A stretch of 63,810 nt of DNA, the filler included. It is 7 parts of 7 records of this genome, joined end to end, with 100 filler letters (N's around TTAATTAATTAA, not from the genome) between each part and the next. Parts side by side here need not be neighbours in the genome. Positions count along the whole stretch, not along the records: positions 54,983 to 63,810 come from DRR723986_22452; 6 more parts are not named here. One strand, written 5' to 3'. Of the stretch, positions 57,711-63,810 are shown in pieces. The first letter of the stretch is position 1. The number at the start of each line of letters is the position of its first letter. The translations under genes were made by a program, and so were the position numbers. Under the pieces are notes generated by a model. It had not been told where the DNA came from, ran no database searches, and saw nothing but the letters and a program-made list of their open reading frames with translations.

Positions 57711-59984
57711 GTGAAAACCTTCCTGGCACCCTTGCTTGTTTTTGTGTTCTGTTTTGGAGTTTTCTCAAGCGAAACACGGGCCGAAGATGGGTATATTTAT
57801 GGCTGGAGCTACAATGCGGATAGAATCTATGTGTTTGCCAGAATGCACATTGCCAGTGGTGCGGGCGAAGAACTCTCCGGACGCCTCCCGGCTGATGATC
57901 AACACTTTCCGGTGACGGCTGCGATCGATACGCGCCGAAACGTCTATACCTACATTAGCCGGACCGATGAAATTATTCGAATTGACTTAACAAGTGGAGA
58001 GATTCTGAGTAAGGTTCAACTCGACGTCAGCAACCTGGAGGGACTTGAATACTCATATAAAAACGATCTGTTTTATGCTTGGTATCAAGCCGATCAGCGT
58101 TTGGAACAGACGCTGGTCAACATTGACCCGGTTAGCAATTCTGTCAGCAAGTATCCCGTACCGGAGGGCAATGTTGTGCACTTCTCCTGCTACTCAATGT
58201 TCAGCGACCGCAATGATTGGGTCATACCGGTTGCAAGCAGTCGAGCTTCATATGTTTTAGACGCAAGATCCGGGGAACACCTACGCACAATTTTGCCGGG
58301 ATTTGAGTTTGGTACAGGTATTTATGATGACTTGAGTGACCAGGCGTATGGACTTCACAGAGAATATGCCACGGGGCAATGGTTTGTTAACCGTGCCGAT
58401 CTACGCTCGGGAGAAGTTATAACGGGGACACCATTTGAGATTCCTGAGTTAACACAGACAAATTTGAGCAATTGTTCTTTCGGTTTTCATCATGCAGGTC
58501 GCAAATATTGTTCCGGTGGATTTAGCTGGTTAATTGTAGACGTAGAAACCAACGACTACAAAATTATTGGCAGAAACGACGGGCCCGGAATAGTAACACA
58601 TTTCGGTAAGGTTTACAATGCGCCAAGGGATGTTGTGAGCGTCAGAGGTAGTGTGTTTGCGGACCAGGTTGACAATTGTGTGCGCGATGACTCCGAGGAT
58701 TTTGTAAGCGGCTATCCGCTGAGACTTCACCACAATGGCACTCGTATTTACACACGGTCAGATGGAGCTTTTGTTACGGGATTGCCGGTGGGGGAATCAG
58801 CGCTTTCCCTTGAGCCTGTTTGGCCCTGGGCCTCTGCCTGTGACGCCGAACAGCGTATCGTAACCGTCGATGAATCCGGTCTGGTAGATGGAAATCTGGA
58901 TTTTGGTCTGGTACCGCTCGCCATTTTTGAGCACCTGGAACTCAGCATTGTCTCCAGCCGTGCCGTTGCCGGACAAAATATCGAATACCGTATAAAAGCT
59001 GTTAACAAGGGAACTGTTGCATTTAACGGAGCACTGCGTTTTACGCACGATCCTTTGCTGCGGGAATTTAATGCAAACCCGGAAGCCAACCGCTACAATG
59101 GTAGCGTTGCTGAATGGGATATAAGTGATCTGCCAATAGGCGCTACCTTGCACTTTGAGGTGACGCTCACAATTCCAGCCGACGAAACACTGCGCGGCCA
59201 GGAACTGTGCGCGCGGGTAGAACTTGTTAACAAACGCGATGACCTGCTGGCTGCCGATCGCGAGGACAAAATCTGTAACAGGATTCTCGCAGCCTATGAT
59301 CCCAACGATATCTCAGTGGCACCGACCGGCTTTGGCGAACGTGGTTTAATCACCGCTGAGGATTCGACACTTGCTTACACAATCCGATTCCAGAATATCG
59401 GTGATGCACCCGCACGTGACGTTGTGATTCTGGATACACTCGACGAGGATCTGGATATAAATACCTTGCATTTTGGGGCCTCGCTCCACGAATACAGCGT
59501 CAGTTTGTTAAGTGGCAGGGTTCTTGAATTTCGTTTTGAGGATATAGAGTTACCTGGTAAGGAAGAAGATGAACCGGGCAGTCACGGCGCTGTAAAGTAT
59601 AAGCTGGACTTAAACACATCACTGCCGCCGGGCACTCAAATACACAATCGCGCCGGCATCTATTTTGACTTTAACAAACCCGTGATTACCAATACAGTCG
59701 TGAATGAACTCGCAGAGTCAGTCACAGACCTTGTTGAACAAGCAGACTCTGACAAGCTTGAGCTGCGCTCGCTTGGGAATGGCCTTTTTGTTTGTCACAG
59801 TGTGAATGGCCTGAATGGACGCCTGAGCGTGTATTCGATCCTCGGGACCAAAGTCCATGAACAACACGTGCCAAACCAGTCCCAGGTGACGATCGACCTG
59901 CGATCCCAGCCGAGCGGCCGGTATTTGATCCGGATCGAAGACCGCGGGCAGGTGATTGTCAAATCGGTGGCCGTTCTGCATTAA
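57711..59984 (+). CDS. T9SS-sorted protein with DUF11/DUF7619-like Ig domains
   Basis: Signal peptide; AYDPND, YTIRFQN.G, AGIYFDFNKPVITN; CTD (VYSILG, IDL...SGRYLIRI). Confidence 0.82.
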   Translation: MKTFLAPLLVFVFCFGVFSSETRAEDGYIYGWSYNADRIYVFARMHIASGAGEELSGRLPADDQHFPVTAAIDTRRNVYTYISRTDEIIRIDLTSGEILSKVQLDVSNLEGLEYSYKNDLFYAWYQADQRLEQTLVNIDPVSNSVSKYPVPEGNVVHFSCYSMFSDRNDWVIPVASSRASYVLDARSGEHLRTILPGFEFGTGIYDDLSDQAYGLHREYATGQWFVNRADLRSGEVITGTPFEIPELTQTNLSNCSFGFHHAGRKYCSGGFSWLIVDVETNDYKIIGRNDGPGIVTHFGKVYNAPRDVVSVRGSVFADQVDNCVRDDSEDFVSGYPLRLHHNGTRIYTRSDGAFVTGLPVGESALSLEPVWPWASACDAEQRIVTVDESGLVDGNLDFGLVPLAIFEHLELSIVSSRAVAGQNIEYRIKAVNKGTVAFNGALRFTHDPLLREFNANPEANRYNGSVAEWDISDLPIGATLHFEVTLTIPADETLRGQELCARVELVNKRDDLLAADREDKICNRILAAYDPNDISVAPTGFGERGLITAEDSTLAYTIRFQNIGDAPARDVVILDTLDEDLDINTLHFGASLHEYSVSLLSGRVLEFRFEDIELPGKEEDEPGSHGAVKYKLDLNTSLPPGTQIHNRAGIYFDFNKPVITNTVVNELAESVTDLVEQADSDKLELRSLGNGLFVCHSVNGLNGRLSVYSILGTKVHEQHVPNQSQVTIDLRSQPSGRYLIRIEDRGQVIVKSVAVLH

Positions 59985-60007
59985 TCAATCGATTGGGACG
60001 CGGGAAC

Positions 60008-60073
60008 GTAGAGCCGAGGCACGCCTCGGCTCCAACCAAAACGAACCGCGTAAAACCGCGCAAAACCGCGTAC
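60008..60073. repeat. GTAG REP-like hairpin plus three 10-bp tandem repeats
   Basis: GTA-GAGCCGAGGC-AC-GCCTCGGCTC (60008-60032); AACCGCG(T/C)AA-type units at 60044-60073; between convergent genes. Confidence 0.7.
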
Positions 60074-60098
60074 AAGGTCAATTCACACCCACAGAATC

Positions 60099-63000
60099 CT
60101 AAGGTCCAATCAGCAGCATCGTAGCCACCTGCGCCGTACCCTGACGAATCGAGACAATCAGGCTGCCGCGTCCCAGACCCTCCGCAGGCCATGCATGCCA
60201 GGTGCTGCCGGAAAGGTCAGCAGCGCCCTGCGCGCTGAAGATCAGCTTGCCCTGAATGTTAAAGACTTCAACAAAATAGCGGCCGGCGGCCGGACTGTTA
60301 AACTGCACGCCAAACTCGTTAACATTGCCAATCTCCAGAAGCTGCCCGCCGGTGATATCTTCATCCACCGAAACAGTGGTCGCATTATAGGATACCGGTA
60401 CACGCGCGCTTTCCAGATGTGCAAAGGAGAGCCACTTGCTGCGCAGGTGTTCGGCAATACCGGCCTGTTCTTCCGGGCTAAGCACCACATCCCAAAGTAT
60501 TATTTCGGCCAGATCTCCATTCCACATGGCATTGGTCCATGCGCTGCCGCGTGGCATAGCTTCGTGGAGTCCAATGCCTACGACGCAGAATTGCATCGGG
60601 TTGGGTGTGCTGAGTGGATTGATCAAGTCCCCATTCAAATAAAAGTCCGATTCGAGTGAGCGCAGGCCGGCCTCGCTCCACAAAAGTTGTGTTGAATCAG
60701 AGTGCCTGGGAAAAATGGCATTTAAGTGCTGGAACGGGGCGCTGCCGGTGCGCGACATTTCTGATTCGCGATAGACCAAAATGACACTTTGATACGATGG
60801 CATGATTTGGTTAAGTGACTGCACCCACATGCGCTCAAACTGGGCAACTCCCAGACCATTTTCACGATTGGGAATGTAGGCGAACCAATAGGGTGGATGA
60901 TTCCACTTGTAGTTGCCAGTTTTGCCAATCCAGTCGTGATTAGCCGCTTTTACAGGCGCCGGCACGTCAATGCGACCATCAGCATTCAAATCCGAAGCGT
61001 CAAACCACAAGACCGGCGCCGCTGACGCCTCATCCGGCAGCAGCGGAGTCGGATAGTCTATCTGCTTGCGGGCCGCAACGTAGTAGCGACCTGACTGAGC
61101 GGGAGTAAATGTTGTGCCCTCATGTAATACCGTGCCGCCAAATGCCTCGGCATACCAGAAATATTTCGTGCTTCCATCCGGATCTAAAACGGCCAGTGAC
61201 GAGTCACGCTGGACAAATGGTCTCGGCACGGCATCCATCGTAATCGCGAATCCACGACGATTGTCGCTGATGGCGTCACTGATAACACGTTGCGCGGCCA
61301 CGTAATAATTGCCTGGTGCCAGCGGCTGGAAACGCGGCCCGACGTGAATATACTTCTCGGCTGCAGGTGCATCGAACCACAGATAATTTGTATTGGGCTG
61401 TGGATTGCTGACGCGCACCATATTGGGACCATCTTTTTCGATCTCAATCAACATTTCAAACGAGTCAACTTCGGCGATGTCGATGACTAACTCACGTACG
61501 CTGCAGTTTGCGTCTTTAACAATCACCAGATAAGTACCCGGCGCTAAATCTTTGCGCAGCTGAGCATCGGAAACAGTCTTTTGCGCCAGCGGACCACCAT
61601 CCGGATCGTCTTCTACCCAGCGCAAGGTGTAGGGTGGACGGCCGCCACTGATATCAATCCATGCATAGCCGTTGGCTAAACCATTACTTGCCGGCACAAC
61701 ATTTGCCGCCGCGCTCAATGCTTCGTCGCTGTTGCGCAGGTCAATTTCAGCAGTGACTTCACAATCATCAACTGTTGTGACGCTCAGCCGGTACGTGCCG
61801 TTTGGCAACTCGTGAATATTAGGTGAACTTGCGCCGTTGGACCACGCAAAACTCAAATCCTGTGGCCGGTAGCCGCGCGTGATTGTGCGGACGCTCCAGG
61901 AATTGTTAATCCATTCACTCCGCAGCTCCACTTCCAGTCGGGGCGCGGCTTGCACCTCAATGGATTGAACGCGTCCGCAGCCATTCTTATCGACTGCCGA
62001 TACCCGGTACGCGCCACTGTTTAAGTTACTGAAGACTCCGTCCGTGTTAACTGCCAGTATCTCATCTGCATTCGCAAGCCGCAAAACGTAGCTTATCGGC
62101 GAAGCAGCGCCCTCAAAATCAGCGCGAATCTGGCCGTCGCCGGATGCAGTGTTTGCATCGCCATCTCCATGACAGCTCACCGGCCTGGAAGTGACCAGCA
62201 GTTCGGCCGGATAGTAGGCAACGTCTATCTGCTCAAGATTCCAGACATGTGCCTGTTGCGGAAACGATGAGAACGGTGGGTCATGCCGCACAAATTCTGT
62301 GGTGTCGGTCACGACAAATCTGACTTCGTACTCCTCACATGCAAAAAATCTTAAGTCAATTTCTGTCACGCCCCTTGCAATCGGATTGCCGTTCAGGAAC
62401 CATTCGTAGCGCTGGGTATTTGGAATCGGTTTGATCACGTCAACTGAAAACTTGAAATCGCGTCCGCCCTGGACTTCTATTTCTGACTGCGGCGGTTGCG
62501 GGTTCTCAATCACGTTAATATTCCGATAAATACTGTGCACAACAGCCTGTTTACAGACTGGGCAAAGCTGCGGGAGTAGGTTGCCGACTTCACCCCATAA
62601 TCCCATCAAACAGGCGTCAGATGTTGGGCGGTAACATCCAAAGTACTGGCCAACGCCACCCTCAAAAACACCGACCTTATTGCGGTATTTCTGCACATCG
62701 GGTGTTGGAATCGGGATGTCTTCATCAATCCAGGCACGCCACGGAATTTGTGCGCGGCTCGTATAGGGAGTTGCATTGGGACCATTGGGGCACCAGCTCG
62801 GCCTTGGGCCGCTCCCGGCGCTGTATTCGTCGTGCTGGAAAGGCATCGTGTGGCCATATTCGTGGATAACTGTCGGTAACTCATTGCCAAACAGCATGAC
62901 GTCACCATAACGTCCGGCGCGATTGGCTCCCGCACCGCCGCCGCCGCCAACTCCATTCGGCAGTGACATAATAGTCGCCCAGCCGGTTTCGCCGGCCCAA

Positions 63001-63455
63001 GGCAAAAAGATATCAGCGAGCACGGCCTCCGATTCCACATAGTTCCAGCCCTCTTCCAGTGAGGGAGCATCCGGCAGCCACAGGGCGTAAAAGTTAAAAA
63101 AGTCGCGATATTCCGTGTAGGGCGGAAAACTCAGCGAGTCGCCCGGAACCAGGGCGCGGGTTATGTAACGTATGTCCTCCAGAAACTCAGCTTTCATCCC
63201 GGCACGGTAGGCATTTGGCCCGCCGCCACGATTAATAAATGCGATGTTGGCGCGATTGTCCTTGGGGCCGTTATCCACAATCTTTTCGAGCTGGACCTGA
63301 CGCACAAGTGAGTCCAGGTCAAACTCCTGAGCTTTAACAATCGCAGTCTGGATAAACAGGCAGGTCAGGACAAGGAGTAATTTGGCTGCATTGTTTTGAA
63401 TCGTTCGGTTCAAAAACAGGGAACATCCAGGCGAAACTTTCATGGCTTGGGACAT
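60099..63455 (-). CDS. M64 (IgA-peptidase-like) metallopeptidase with SprB-like/Ig repeats, LamG-like domain and T9SS CTD
   Basis: PYTEYRDFFNF, HEYGH..DEY, FEGG, CLM, LCPVC; VSC.G..DG/DKNGC repeats; LWFDASD; VFNIQGKLI; start uncertain (63455 or 63443). Confidence 0.82.
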   Translation of the reverse strand: MSQAMKVSPGCSLFLNRTIQNNAAKLLLVLTCLFIQTAIVKAQEFDLDSLVRQVQLEKIVDNGPKDNRANIAFINRGGGPNAYRAGMKAEFLEDIRYITRALVPGDSLSFPPYTEYRDFFNFYALWLPDAPSLEEGWNYVESEAVLADIFLPWAGETGWATIMSLPNGVGGGGGAGANRAGRYGDVMLFGNELPTVIHEYGHTMPFQHDEYSAGSGPRPSWCPNGPNATPYTSRAQIPWRAWIDEDIPIPTPDVQKYRNKVGVFEGGVGQYFGCYRPTSDACLMGLWGEVGNLLPQLCPVCKQAVVHSIYRNINVIENPQPPQSEIEVQGGRDFKFSVDVIKPIPNTQRYEWFLNGNPIARGVTEIDLRFFACEEYEVRFVVTDTTEFVRHDPPFSSFPQQAHVWNLEQIDVAYYPAELLVTSRPVSCHGDGDANTASGDGQIRADFEGAASPISYVLRLANADEILAVNTDGVFSNLNSGAYRVSAVDKNGCGRVQSIEVQAAPRLEVELRSEWINNSWSVRTITRGYRPQDLSFAWSNGASSPNIHELPNGTYRLSVTTVDDCEVTAEIDLRNSDEALSAAANVVPASNGLANGYAWIDISGGRPPYTLRWVEDDPDGGPLAQKTVSDAQLRKDLAPGTYLVIVKDANCSVRELVIDIAEVDSFEMLIEIEKDGPNMVRVSNPQPNTNYLWFDAPAAEKYIHVGPRFQPLAPGNYYVAAQRVISDAISDNRRGFAITMDAVPRPFVQRDSSLAVLDPDGSTKYFWYAEAFGGTVLHEGTTFTPAQSGRYYVAARKQIDYPTPLLPDEASAAPVLWFDASDLNADGRIDVPAPVKAANHDWIGKTGNYKWNHPPYWFAYIPNRENGLGVAQFERMWVQSLNQIMPSYQSVILVYRESEMSRTGSAPFQHLNAIFPRHSDSTQLLWSEAGLRSLESDFYLNGDLINPLSTPNPMQFCVVGIGLHEAMPRGSAWTNAMWNGDLAEIILWDVVLSPEEQAGIAEHLRSKWLSFAHLESARVPVSYNATTVSVDEDITGGQLLEIGNVNEFGVQFNSPAAGRYFVEVFNIQGKLIFSAQGAADLSGSTWHAWPAEGLGRGSLIVSIRQGTAQVATMLLIGP

Positions 63456-63810
63456 ATCTATCACGCGCAATAGTTGTGGAGGAGCTTGGTTGTTGCACCG
63501 GACGCCGGCGGAAGGTCCGCAGCGGCACATGTACAATCGGCGTTGTATGGCAGATTTGTGTGTAATCCAGTTGTATCTACATTAGTCACCATTTTACAAA
63601 AAACATCTCAGATTGCGGACAGGTTTGAGCTATGAGCAGACTTGAGCGCTTCGCCTTCTCCTGCGTTGCAGGCTTGCTGTTTTTTCATGGTGGTTGTTGG
63701 GGTTTAGGTTTCCAGTCTATGAGTTGCCGCCAGTTCCGGATTGAGTAGATTTCAGCTTGCCGTGCAGTGATTAACAAAATAATCAAAAGGCAAGCCTGAT
63801 GTCATCAGCA

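Overview
The window is not one locus. It is seven contigs joined by 100-nt artificial spacers (N44-TTAATTAATTAA-N44), so gene context is only valid inside each contig. Contig 1 (1-15246, AT-rich, Bacteroidota-like) holds a copper cluster (DUF305, multicopper oxidase with a barrel-like tail, DUF3347), a TonB receptor and DtxR/MntR pair with a clear operator, peptidases/hydrolases, and a probable L-hexose oxidation cluster. Contig 2 (15347-24052, Planctomycetota-like) has a Zn-ribbon M48 protease, PSP1/RicT-Minf_1886-hemB, and a small ORF bracketed by inverted repeats. Contig 3 (24153-31314, Rhodobacteraceae-like) has MATE, YceI, cytochrome b-YceI and fabD-x-fabG-acpP. Contig 4 (31415-39198, Rhodobacteraceae-like) has partial pyrC, three GT2-like genes and coxD/coxE-like genes. 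Contig 5 (39299-49038, FCB group) has an ADP-ribosylglycohydrolase, exbD, a T9SS-sorted caspase-like protease, a GT4 and two T9SS cargo proteins. Contig 6 (49139-54882, Rhodobacteraceae-like) is a phenylacetate paa cluster with IclR beside a tRNA-Leu 3' end. Contig 7 (54983-63810, FCB group) has a cupin, TetR with operators, a WD40 lipoprotein and T9SS proteins including an M64 peptidase mosaic. The strongest unexplained signal is a non-coding array at 26460-26665: eight short hairpins at mostly 22-nt spacing, with a conserved AGAAY loop and varying but paired stems, ending in an intrinsic terminator. It is a candidate protein-titrating RNA. All family and taxon calls come from motif recognition by eye; no searches were run.
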